DNA of 64,000 nucleotides from Lingula anatina (lineage: Eukaryota; Animalia; Brachiopoda), in NCBI GenBank assembly GCA_051362555.1, contig CM120645.1, positions 5,208,001-5,272,000 on the forward strand, in the 5' to 3' direction. Each line of letters begins with the position of its first letter. Position 1 is the stretch's first letter. The notes below the pieces were generated by a model that saw nothing but the letters and a program-made list of their open reading frames with translations, was not told where the DNA came from and did not search any database. This document shows positions 36,201 through 48,945 of the stretch, one piece after another. The position numbers and the translations under genes are program-made.

Positions 36201-39200
36201 CTCTGAACATCCACCATGAAATTAGAAATAAAAGTACTCTCCAGTTACTGTGTTATAAAACTTTATATTCAACTTCCCTTCTATGTCTAGGTTCCCATAC
36301 CTAGATTGACCTAAAAGGATCGATCCATCTCTAAGGGGTTTCTCGCTAAATTGCCTTCAGCTTAAGCGGTTTAAATGTCTGGCACGCCTACTGAAGCTGC
36401 TAAGCGTGACAGACATCTAAGCCACTTAGGCTGATTGCAATTTAGCGAGAATCACCTCGGAGATAGATTCATCCACAGTTAGTATGATAGGGTATGGGAA
36501 TGGTCCCTTTTACACATAATGCGCCTATTCATTAAAAGTGAACTCACCTAAGAAAAGTGAGGCTAAGCAGTTGGTGAGTATACTACTAGCCCCCATCAGC
36601 ATGACATGGTTGATGTTAAACTTTCCTTCGGGTACCCAACCCATGGCTACAGCTAGCACAGATGCTACAAAAGCCGTAACTATTGACTGACCCTAAAATA
36701 ATCATAAACAAACTATAATTTAGGAACAAGATTTTTTTTTAATGATAATGATCTCTTCGCACACAGAATGGTATTGATAATTTATATAAAAGCAAAAAGG
36801 CAAAATAATAATAATAATAATGACAACACAATTACAGTTATTATACCTCAATTTGTGGGTCAAAAACATTGTCTACAATATAGTACATTGTCTATAATAT
36901 ATATATAATAACATAGTACAGTGAGCCTCAGAAGGATATTATAAAGTCATGTACCAGCATCTCTCTGACTGTGAATAATTGGAAACATTTTCAATACAGT
37001 AAGAGCCATTATGATAATCACAATAAATGCATTGTGTTGTCAGGAATCTCCAATTTAAATGGGTACTGTGAAAACCATGATGGTAGCATATTAAAGCAAT
37101 GGATATGACAGAAGGTCAACAAAAGTGTATTTTAAATATTTATATCGTAATTTATACTGCATGCCTGAAAGCTATTTCCAGGATGTAAACCTCAATAACA
37201 TAAAAGTTTATTACAGATTTTAATTCCAATTCATTCTGTGCTGATATTTCCTGGCTTAAATAATCATAATAGCTGACTGGTTAAACTAAAAGTCCTTTTT
37301 TGGTTAAATTATTGTAAACAAATCAGTCCCTTTTTCCCCACCTAAATTATACAACATTCTTTACAGATTATACACAAAGCACACTTCCTAGTAAGTCCAG
37401 CTATTAGTAAAATGACTATCTAAACTGTGCCCTTCTTTTAATATAAACACTGTATTTGCAAGTTACATCACTGAGGCATGGTAATGTACACATTTAAGCA
37501 TAATTCATCAAGGAAATAAAAACCTAGCCAAAGGATTCCTTTCATTCAAAACAGCCAACAACCAATGACATCCATGACTGACACGTCAAATGATGGATAA
37601 TGTCTCTTTTTTTTCTAAAAATAACAGTATTTCCTCAATCATGAAACTTTCATGTTGCAGAGCTCAAAATACTTATACACAAAAACAAGCACACTGTTAG
37701 TGTAATGTTAATTTGCATACTTTGAATAAACCATGTATATTACATCTCCTTACCTGAGTTAACACTGTATTACCACCTATAGACTTCCACTGTTCTTTTA
37801 CTTCATCTAAGTAACCAAGATTAACCTAGAAGACAAGAAAAACATTGATACATTACACTTCGGACCTAAATAGGATGTTATGATAAAAATCATCAAAGAT
37901 ACATCTGTCATATTCCATGTCATTTAAAATGCAACTGCTGCAATTTTTTTCAAATATTCATAAATAGAAATTTGTGTCTAATTCAACTTAATAACTTCAT
38001 TCTAAGCCATTAAAAACTGAAACAAAGATTAAAAACCCTTCAATATCACACCAATACCCAAATATGTTAGTCACATTTAATAGGTACATGTGTACTAATA
38101 CTTATAATTACTTCACCAATATCTAGCTTATTATGAAATTTTCCTACAGTAAGTGTCTAATAGACCAATGGATAGTCACATTATACAATTCATAGTTGGA
38201 TGAAATATTAAATTAGTTTTCAATTTTGATAATACATCCTATTATAAATTGTATAATAGACCAATGGATAGTCACATTATACAATTCATAATTGGATAAA
38301 ATGAATTAGTTTTCAATTGCGATAATGCATCCTGCTGCTGGCAGACGAATGTCTGGACTTAGTCACTATGTCATATGAAATTCATAATTTCATCAATTTC
38401 AGTTTGAACAAACTAAACAAACTTGCAACCTCAGAAGTATCTTTTCACAGTGCACTCTTGTTGTAGCTGTTTTTCACAGATTTTTGCTACAGGTAGGCCT
38501 CAGGAAGGGAGTGGGGAAGGACGCAAATAACTCTGACCACATGTATTTACTTATTCAGTAAGTCTCATGTCTACACAACACAAAAAGTCACTTCTTATAT
38601 TCAGTGCCACCCATCCATTATTAATGGTTTTTACCTGTGTTGAGAGTCTGGAAGCCAATGTCATTCCTAGGTTTCCCTTCAACCCCAGTAATGGTGGCAC
38701 CAGTATAAACAGCTCTGGGACCTTGTGAAACACAGACCAATGCTGGAATTAACAGATAAAGATATGCAGGTTTAAGACTGTCAGATAGAATCTGTTGAAT
38801 GAAAAATGAATGACATGGGCCACATCTTATTCTTTACAGATGAACATGTACTTTCAGCTAACAACATTGGTTCATAAACACTGTTCACATACTAGAAGTT
38901 ATCACTGATATGACATGATATTTTTAGCATTATGCAGTACTAAACTATTTCTTTTCTTTTTTTTTCCTCTCGCCAAGATGTGATGATAATCTAAATATGG
39001 TCATGACTTTAATTATTCTTAACTGAAGAAACCGGAGTTTGTGAGTCTTGGGTTGAGGCGCTTGCCAGAATTATGACGCACAAGTACTGGCAACGAGCTG
39101 ATAGGACAAGTGCTTCTAAAATCTATACATTCCTTCTAAGTTATGGATTATAATACCACACTGTCAGGTCAACAATGTGATAAATATAAAGGAATATTAA

Positions 39201-39240
39201 TAATAGATAAAAGTTTTAAAAATTAAAGTATCAAATACTG

Positions 39241-39275
<35 letters not shown>

Positions 39276-39812
39276 AGGAAACTCAAATGGAAAGAAAAAC
39301 TTCATGACTTCTTTAAGCTACTTCAGACATCAGAACCTTTGCCTAACCTGTACAATATCCAACACCATACCAGCAGCCACAGTTCCAAACCCTGCAATGA
39401 TATAGGGCAGCAACACTTGAAGAAGAATTGTGAACTCTGTCTCTTCTTTCCCGGTCAATTTTTTTTCATGGAGATCATCGTCAGAGTCTTTACCCAGAAG
39501 TCCTTTCTTTAATTCTTGTTCATTAAGTACTGTTTCAGTATCACTGGGTTCAGGGGCGGTTCTTATGCTGGTGCCACCATTCGCCTCTCCATCCGACGTC
39601 CTCTGCTGCTCGCCATCCTCGTGAAGAAGGCGATGGTGTGGGGACGTAACATCAATATTATCATCGTGAATGTTCACTTCCATCATCTTTGGCACGGGGG
39701 ATTTTAGATGTTCTTTCTTGTCTGTTACGTCTGAGTCTCCTGCTGCAGCTCTCTGACGTCTTTGCCTCAGTCTTGCACTCGATCTAGTCGGCAAGGAATC
39801 CATGTCCGCCAT
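33205..39812 (-). CDS. SLC41A: Solute carrier family 41 (MgtE-like Mg2+ transporter), 543 aa
   Basis: Ten coding exons with consistent phases: 39812-39348, 38742-38635, 37825-37754, 36692-36548, 36072-35926, 35678-35528, 34962-34889, 34440-34306, 33767-33619, 33390-33205 (1632 nt). Both MgtE repeats have PX6GN ([18 protein letters not shown]) and PDX4PX6D ([28 protein letters not shown]). C-terminus GDKDGDVGE. Confidence 0.96.
33795..33963 (+). mobile_element. ~168-bp MITE (CAGGGGCGGAT...GGATCCGCCCCTG family) with 5-bp TSD ctatt
   Basis: Colinear with 42100-42266 (tcttctgggtct.ctggaagacggtcagatttt.aagtttacat...ggatcaacaa.gataattt...ctgtcagaaa). ctatt on both flanks. Confidence 0.8.
36291..36501. 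mobile_element. Palindromic (hairpin) MITE, copy 2, in an SLC41 intron
   Basis: Ends ttcccatacc / ggtatgggaa. Arms tctcgctaaattgc...taaatgtctggcacg / cgtgacagacatcta...gcaatttagcgaga. Shares its core with 13514-13737. Confidence 0.7.
38158..38333. repeat. ~97-bp intronic tandem duplication
   Basis: taatagaccaatggatagtcacattatacaattcata.ttggat.aaa...aattagttttcaatt..gataat.catcct occurs at ~38158 and ~38255. Confidence 0.85.
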
Positions 39813-40360
39813 TTTGGCTGTGGAATATCTGTGGCCCTTGGTGCCTGTGTCCCAGTTCGTTCATCCTGTAATGAACAACGATATTCTTGTAAATAGAAAC
39901 AATCAAATCTGAAATGAAAATATTTGTTGTGAGCTTACGAATAAAAGATAAATAAAATAATGAAAGGTGCATCAGTATATCAGACACAATGAAACAGTTG
40001 AGTTTAGTCATTCATATACACACTGCTAATAAGCCTTCAGACCCAGTATAACATCTGTCCAACTGTCTGTGTTGACCAACAGTAAATCTGATGGCTTACA
40101 ACAACTCATTCCAAATTTATAAACCTATTTTGGTGTACTGGCTCTCTGGCACACTTGGTCTTAAGAGCTCAAATGCTCAAACTTCAAGCAGAAATGAGGT
40201 GACCAGTAACCGAACAAATTCACACAATTTCATAGGTCCAGCTTCAATTTAACTGGCATTTAGTTGTGTCTTAAATTGGCAGACTCTCAATAGCTCAGAT
40301 TAGACAGTAAAACTTTATGTGGACCAATATTGTTCTGAACTGTGCACTGTCAGCTTTTAT

Positions 40361-40424
<64 letters not shown>

Positions 40425-42099
40425 TAGTAGTGGCACCTTTAATTTTAAGTTATGGTCAACTCCAACAAACCTCATACTAAATGGTAGTTATAAATCCACA
40501 GAAATTAACATCAGCTAGTCAAAAATATACCACACGCGTTAAAATTGGATTAGTTAAAGAAATAAGTGAGTTTTGCTGTACTTGTCATTCATTGTGCCCG
40601 TATCTCTCAATAATGTATTCCAAAACAGAATTTCTAAATACAATATTTAATAAACCATTATATCTTAATATTCACTGACAATCAAAACTTTATGATAAGC
40701 AGGACTGACACAGAAGTCTTGTAAAACCTTCATAAAACTACAGGTATATCATTATAATAATCAAACCACCAGCATACTAATGCCGAGTTCAAATAATTTT
40801 AACTCCCATATATAAAACTGCCCTCTCCCATTACACAGACATATTTTACATATTTTGTTATTTTCCTTTTATTTATTTATTTATTTATTGTTTGTTTGTT
40901 TGCTTGTTTTTGGTATTCCAAATGAACCAATGATAACCCAAGAAGAAATAATTTTAATTAATTACTTACATTCTTTGTTTTAAGACTTCTTCAAAATGGG
41001 TTTGTTTGTTTCAATATTTTGTGCTTGTTATTAATTTCCTTTTTGTTTGCTTCATATATACCTTGCTTCATATGGTCTTGATCCATCCATTTCCTAGGCT
41101 TTGTTATACACAGCCTGTTGAGTCTTCCCACCTTGTGCTAAACATACACTGTATGCAAATATATACCTTCTTATCTAAAAATCCCTTTATTAATCAGGTT
41201 TCAGAAAATACTGGTAACATCTGCACATTACACAAACACAAACAAAACTGAATTTTGACCCCACATAAGGCATCAAGTGCAACTGAAACTGTGCTTCTCA
41301 ATACTAGTATGCAAATTCCATAATTTGCAGACTTGACCACTTCGGATCCAGTTTGTGCATGCACATGCATACCCGCACTCAAACACAGGCAAACTAGTAC
41401 CAGTACACAATTTCTATTCCATCATCAGGTAGTTTGTTTCAAATAAGCAAATGATTTTCCTACAAAAACCTCAACTTCCAGTGATTCTCTTATTTCTTAA
41501 AATAAATTAAAATCTATATTAAGACAGTAATTTTTAACACCGTATATGTACCTGTTCTAGGTGAGAAGAAATTAAGGACGGCTCTTACTAAATCAATATC
41601 AGAATCACTTTTAGCTTGAGACACTTAATACCAGTTAATCTGACTGATATCAAGTCGGTTAAAGAATTAGAAAAGCTTTAAAGAAATTTTCTAACCAATT
41701 GCAACTCAGATATCACAAGAGCCTTCATTGTCCGGCAACAGTGTAACTCCACATTGTGGACTGCAAGCTTTGCACCTGAATATTTAATGAAACCAATAAC
41801 AACCTTAATAGTATGGTATTGTGATCACTGTAGTTATTCATTGCTAGAATGATGTTTTAAACCCGCATCATGTTAAATGCACCGAGTGTATTAAATGTTT
41901 TTAAGATGCAGTCAGCTAGGGATGTTCAATAAGACTTCAGTTGTGGATGTTTGACTTACTAGTAAAAACATGAAAACTGAGTAAATAATTTGTCTGTATA
42001 TATCATGCTTTCTCTCATTCCTCCATATTTTAGAGAGTAAATTAAACTTATCAGCACTGTAAATTACACCTTGGAGCAATGGATCTAAGATTCTATTTT

Positions 42100-42266
42100 C
42101 AGGGGCGGATTTAGGCCGTCTTCTGGGTCTGCTGGAAGACGGTCAGATTTTCAAGTTTACATTGTCAGCCATCTAATATTTCTGTCGGAAGACGGTCAAG
42201 AATGGAAGATGGATCAACAATGATAATTTAGAAGACTGTCAGAAAATATCTCTGGATCCGCCCCTG
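42100..42266 (+). mobile_element. ~167-bp MITE with 5-bp TSD atttt
   Basis: caggggcggat...atccgcccctg form a perfect 11-bp TIR. atttt on both flanks. Homologous to 33795-33963. Confidence 0.85.
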
Positions 42267-45200
42267 ATTTTGGATGTGTGACTTTTAGTACTGGCATATA
42301 AACAGAGTCAGTTCCCTGTATTCTGAGCTATCTTAGATGTCACACAGTTTTATCTTGTACAAACATTTTTCTTTAAAATTAAACTGTTTTATAATAATCA
42401 AACCTCAACATTATTTTACTGGTTAAATGCCACATAAACTAGTAGTTTTCTTTGAGGTGACATTTCAACTGGAGATTCATGGAAAGCAATATACTTAGGG
42501 TCCTTGTCTATTTATCCAAACCATTGCATGTACTGCACATACATAAATAACTGATGAAAACTGTGTACTTCCTCTTTTGTGGTAAGAGAATTTCAAATTT
42601 AAACTGTGTTTTTTTTTCAATGCTGGTACAGTGTTTACTAAAAGATTATGTTACATCAAAGCACTCATCTTTTATAGTTCCACATGAAAGGAATTTGTTC
42701 TTTTTTTTTTCTTTAGTCACAGCTGTCAAAATGGTTTTTCACTCTTTTGCCCTTTTTATGCAAGTTTGATTCCTCCCAGTATGACAGATTTGCTAACTGT
42801 CCTTTCTCAAACTGGACATGTTTTATATCATTATCAATAAATAGAATTTATACTCACTTGGAAAAGATGGGTAGCCTGGTAGTCAAAACCATAAATTCAT
42901 ATAATAACAACTCTACCTGCCATTCTGCTTGTAAATTATCTTTTTATCACAGAAACAACCCGGACTACAACTCATGGAAAACAAAACCTGAGTTCATGCT
43001 TGGGCTAAATTTGACACTGGTGACCTGTCTGGATGGATGCCACATTTAGGTTTAAATAAAAGATGTTACATACCAATCCATGGAGACAGAATAAACATTT
43101 TAATAATGAGCTGCCCTGAGTAAATTGCTGCATGGACAGATGTTATATTTCTCACAAGTTGTACTTGATACGTAACAATATTGTGCTTGTTCTTTTTAAA
43201 ATCCATTTTTAATGTTTTCTCTTCTTTGCACATTCACAAGTGCATAACGTGTAAATTAAATCAGGATACATGTCCTACCTTAGCCTGCAATATAAACAAT
43301 TCTCCTTTGTATCCTCATAAGGCCAACATGTGTCATTTTCTTTATAAAGAACGGCATAAGGCAATCATTGTCTACATCTAACAGTCACAATCTGACAAAT
43401 ACAGTGTACATGTAGCAATTAATTAAATGTCTACTTCTGATAGTCACCATGTTCTTACTGACTATATAGCAACCTTATCTTAAGTATCATGTTGATAGAA
43501 CTCCTACAAACAGGCAAGAGCCATGTTCAGATCACTTTCCACAAAACGGGTTTTAATCCCAATCTTTGACAGCAGAATCTTCGAATCTTTGAATTGCAAT
43601 CCCTCCTATGTAATAAATCTGTAATTCCACCTATCAATCCTTTTGCAAACCACTTACCTTGGAGATGGCACATATATGTATAGGCATTACACAAAAGGGA
43701 ATTTCAATAATGTATCTGCTTTGCAATGTTTGGACTAAAAAAAATTCTGCTTTGTGAAACTAAGTGTGAACACGCCTACAGACTTCCAACATTCTTCAGT
43801 GACAGTGTATATCAGTCAGCAGGCTACATGTATAAGGATATACGATATAATAATAATATAATGATAAGTGGTAACAACGACTTCCCTACTTCACATGACC
43901 AAAAGTCTCCACACCTACCTGGAGGGTATTTGTATCCTTTTACTATAACCAGCAAGCCGCGACAAATAGGATCGTCAAAATTTTGGCCATGTCACTACCC
44001 ACACTAATCAGTAAACCTTACCTGGTTGAAAGTTCCCAAAATCCCATGTCCATCTAAACCAAACTATTATCACTGTCACTGAGACCAATCTCAATGTCTT
44101 CCTGGAGGAGGAGGGGCTTATAATCTATTCATTTGTTGTCAATTAGTTCCAATAATGCCCACGGAAATGCACAGCTGCTTCTAAAAATCTGTCCAACTGG
44201 TGGCTTGACATTTTCCACATCTGAACCACTGTGACAGTAATTACAATGACTAGACACAATAGCTCTTGAGACCTTCTAAATGCTGCGCTTCATCTTGACA
44301 ATCACAACATGAAAAATAACACTGCCATCCTTGGGCCTATTCTCTCATGTAACGAATGATCAAGCACATGCGATGGTTGATAGCTAAACACAAGACTGCA
44401 GATGAATTTTTATCCCTTTGGTTTAGTGTGCACTCATGTGTTAAACCACAGGAGTTTATTCAGAGAAGAGGATTTATTCACGGTCAGTGAGTGGGTGAGT
44501 TTACTTTGTACAAGGAACTTCAAGGTATTTGTCTGTGCACGAGAATAATGTCATGCTGATCTCATTTAAATTTATAGCAGGCTTTATTTCAAGGACGAAA
44601 ACATTTTTAACAGCAAAATAAGTACTGTTTGATTAACATTATATCATTTATTAGTGAGATATGACTTAAAACATTTACTAACTATTCAACTAATAGTTTA
44701 TTAATCAATTAATTCATTAATAAGTTTCTGTGTTTTCACTTTTTTTATCAACATGTAGAAAAAAATGCTTCTCTCACTTCTCACACACCTAAAAATTAGT
44801 TCTGCTATTTGCAGGTAATGGATAGAAACATGTGTCACTTTTAAATAATTTACGTCTGAAATAATTTATATCTAAAATCTGAATATTATTTTTTCATAAT
44901 TTCTTTTTCAGTGACTCAAAGGGTGGAGTTGACATAGACTATCAACTGTAAAATATGAAAAAAAGGCAACAAAAAAGTCCACTTTGAACCAATAATTAGT
45001 TCCTAATGCCTTTGGCTATATCACTTCTCACAAATAAAGTTTTAACATACAGTGTATAGATCTAAATATTGCAATAAAGCACTTGTTACTGATCTTGGCA
45101 AAAACATTGTCTATGTCAAAGTAAAATAGAGCAATTTTTTTCTATAGATACAACAGCAGTTGCCCTAGACATTAGTTTCTTTAAATATTCCACAACCTGT

Positions 45201-45299
45201 TTTCTTCCACAATATCAGAGCTGTGAATTAATTTTTCTTCAATTTATAAATTGTACAATTTAACCCCCCCCCCCCAATCAATCACGAAGACAACGACTA

Positions 45300-45859
45300 C
45301 TTAGTACATTCAGTGAGTTAGGTAACATTCATCCGAAATCTAATGTGGTGCCATCCACGGCATATGTGACTACCCCAAAATAGCCGTAAGTGTTGCAGAT
45401 CTAACCAGAATAACTCTCAGGACAGGCGAGCTTAATGCTGGCCCAATAATAAGTAAATGGTGGATTGTTGCCGAAAAGACATGACGTATTTAATAGCCTA
45501 AATTGGCCTTTTACAACTTTCCATAGGTATCGTTTGAATGAAAATAATGGGTGACGGTTAAGCAAACAGACTGAGGGTTGTAATTAAAGTAGAGAACGCA
45601 GCTTTAATGAGCGAAACTACCAGACAGAGCTTACCACTCTTGAAGCCCTCGAAAGTTGCAGACGGATTGCAGCAGGTCACAGATTTATTTTCGGCAACTC
45701 CGTTTTTAAACATTTAGTAGACAACAAGGTTATTTCTTACAACTGGTTTATTGTTATTAATTTCACATTACTTGATTCTTTCTGTTTTTAGCGTTTAGTT
45801 CTCGTTTTATTAATTTATTTTTAGAACAAATTTACATCGCCCATGATGCATCAGTAAAC
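45300..45859. promoter_or_regulatory. Probable bidirectional promoter region shared by SLC41 (-) and NOPCHAP1 (+)
   Basis: CpG dinucleotides return locally in an otherwise CpG-poor region. There is a minus-strand GTAAG donor near 45634 (candidate non-coding first exon of SLC41) and the NOPCHAP1 ATG at 45860. TSS positions are inferred. Confidence 0.5.
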
Positions 45860-47258
45860 ATGTCTGCGCCCATAGGAAACGATTCTCTTGGTTGTGGGGA
45901 CGCGATATTGCAGCCTGTTTGTGAAATGAGCACTGCTACAACTAAATGTTCTACTTCTAAAGACCTGCTTCACATAGGAGGATCAAATCGTAAGAGTAAC
46001 CCTTTCAATTTTCGCACTTAAAGTTTGAAATAGACCTAATAAACGCAATGTAAGTTTAATTGGAACTGGAAAATTTGTCGAGGTTTCGTCGTTTTGTTTT
46101 GAAGTCAAACAGTGCTTTAAATAACCCCGTTTGTTGAAAATCTGGTATTTGTTTCGATGAAATCAAGCTCTGGCATGTTAAACTAAGCTTTTCATTTCTT
46201 GGTTTGCTTTTGCCTGCGTATTATCTTGTGTATTATGGGTCCAACATCTGATAGAAAATTCGCATACAAGTACACACACGTGTATACCGTATGTATCATT
46301 TCTCAGATTGATAAGACTGCATTAATTCACATACATTTGGTAGATAGAAGTGTTATATAGTTTACACAGTTTGAATGTTTTTTTTTTTTTTTCTATATCC
46401 AGCTGATTTCCTAGTTATATCTAAGAAGTCAGCACAGCCAGCAAAGAATGGATTAAAAACATACAGGACAGAGCCATCTTCAGGTTTGTTTCAATTTTAG
46501 TTGTTGGATTGATATGTTGTAAGTGATGAACTTGGGAAGTTAAACCAAACGTCTACAGCATAATAATTATAATTGTAAAAATGTAATAATAATAATGATC
46601 TTTGATCACTTTACTTCAGTTTTGAGCAGGGTCAAATCCTTTCTGCCAAAAATGGAGGAAGCCCAACATCAAATTCAGGAAATTCTGAAAAGCAATCCAG
46701 AAAAGCTAGATATTGAACACATTGATGATGCTGAAGCCCAAGTTATAGAAATGGTGAGTACTATTATATTTTTGTTTCCTTAGGTATAGATGGTTCTTGA
46801 AAAACAAGTGTTGTGCAGTATTTGAGTTTAACATTTAACATGGTTTTAACATTTCTATGAGAATTTTTCAAGTACTCAGATTTTAAATCTATTTGATAAC
46901 AATATGCTACTGTGTTTTATATTAAATGGTAGTTATATATACAGTATAAAGCCTGAGGTGTAAATTTAAAAGCATAAATTACTGTACAGTTATAGTAGAG
47001 GCATTATTTTATTTTACTTGATTGTTTCAGAACCTTGCTCTTGTGGAACAAGAAGAGTCATCAGACACAAGTTCAGATGAAAACGAAGCAGAAACTGTGA
47101 GTGATAGTGACACTGATATTGAATTTCCATGCAGTTCAGTGACTGAGAAAAACATTAAGTTATCTAAAAATACACGGAGAGGCAATAGGTGCAAAATTGA
47201 AGAAGTTGGGGAGACATCTAGTGAGAATGATAAACAGCAGACTGAGATGGAAAGGTAG
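45860..47258 (+). CDS. NOPCHAP1: NOP protein chaperone 1 (C12orf45/DUF4598 family), 190 aa
   Basis: Exons 45860-45989, 46403-46483, 46620-46753 and 47031-47258 (573 nt, phases consistent). Signature SSVLSRVKSFLPKMEEA...LDIEHIDD...VIEMNLAL, then an acidic Ser-rich tail and KIEEV. Confidence 0.82.
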
Positions 47259-48945
47259 CAGTTTATTTAGGAAACGGTGTATCCTTCACAATATTTCCTA
47301 GCTAGTCTGTGATGTTGGCAACCTGCTTTGAGGAAACTGAACTGCTAGATTTGGCATCAGCCTGTGACAAAGATTGTGTTACAGTACTAGTACTCAGTGG
47401 CAAGTCACTGGACAGCCCAGTCAAATATATAAGCAGTTGTTTTGAATTAATTTTCTTTCATATATAGATTTTATCTTCAATTTTCTGAATTTATCAAACC
47501 TTTATCATCATGTTTGACCTTATCAAAAACTATTGTGAAAGAGAAATGGCCCAACATGGCACACTCTTTGATGGCTGTTTTGTATTTGTTTCATTTTATT
47601 TGATAATTGATTTGTAAAATGTGTCAGATTCTGCATTTATTTGTTTTACTGGGAATCTGGTAATACACTTTAAGCAGCTGCTGTTTTTTTTTAAACAATT
47701 TTCCTTTTTTATGTTGAAGGTGTGTTACAGACTACTGAAGGAGGTAGTCCACACTTATTAGGTTTCGTTGGAGTCTTCCAATGAAACCAAATGTGGAAAA
47801 TACAGAAGTTTAATTTCACTTGAATGATACATTTGACCAAAAATTGAGTCATTTTGTTACTTTCATATCTAATGTTTTGTTGTATTAAAATAAACATTGT
47901 GAAATCAGTACAATTACAGGAAAGTGATGTCTGTTTTTGCCTTAAAAAGGTCAGTATCTTGTAGTTGAGTATAATTATAAATTTCAACCATGAGAACCAA
48001 GTTTTTTGATCAGCCACATTAGTATGTTGCCTGGTCTGAGTTTGTCTTGAGTATGTATTTTGCTTGTTCTTAAGGTGGTATACTTACAGTCAGCTTCAAG
48101 TTGATCAGGTAATAACACTCTCAAATAGTTATCTTTAAGATGTTAATATAATTATATTAAATAATGAAATATCAAAGTAAAATATGATACATACAGTAAA
48201 ATATATTTATTGAAATTGAAACTCCCCTTCCAGGTATACATTTTATTTAACTATCCTTACTGCAATGGGTTGAAAATTAAAAGTAAATATTAAAATAGAA
48301 AATATTCCAGGACTGTCACAGATATCAGAGATTATACTAAATGTAAAAATACTATAACAACACAAGAGATCACTTCTTATAAAACAACCAAATAATAAAT
48401 AAATTTCACATTTAAATTGTTTAAAATGTTCATTCAAATGGATCTAATCTAGTTAAAAAATTTTTATGGATACTTTTTAGCAGTTTACTGTTTGAATGCT
48501 TACATATGTCTGTCAAAGAATAGCAATTTGTTTTCATGTGAAATACATTATGTCCAATTTACTTTTACCCGAGTGTAAAAAAAATAGATAAATATAATCT
48601 CTTTTTCCAGTTTACTTTTACCTGAGTGTAAAACATAGATAAACAAGTAAATTAAAAAATAAAAACAAAACAAAGACACTCATTTTGATTCAGCTTCACT
48701 GGTTTGAACCAAGGATGCAAAAGTTAACTCAAACGACATTTCTGATTTTTATGCTTACTAGTAGTTAATTGTCAAATTTTTAGTGTATTACAGAGAGCCT
48801 TAATCTCTGAAAGGGAAAGTATGTCCCACTTACTGACAAAGCACCAACTTTGAAGAGAGTGAAATACTATAACCCAATCACAGTTCAAATGTTTTAAAAT
48901 TTCAGTAGCTAAAAAGTCACATGACTGACATTGTCCAATAACAAA

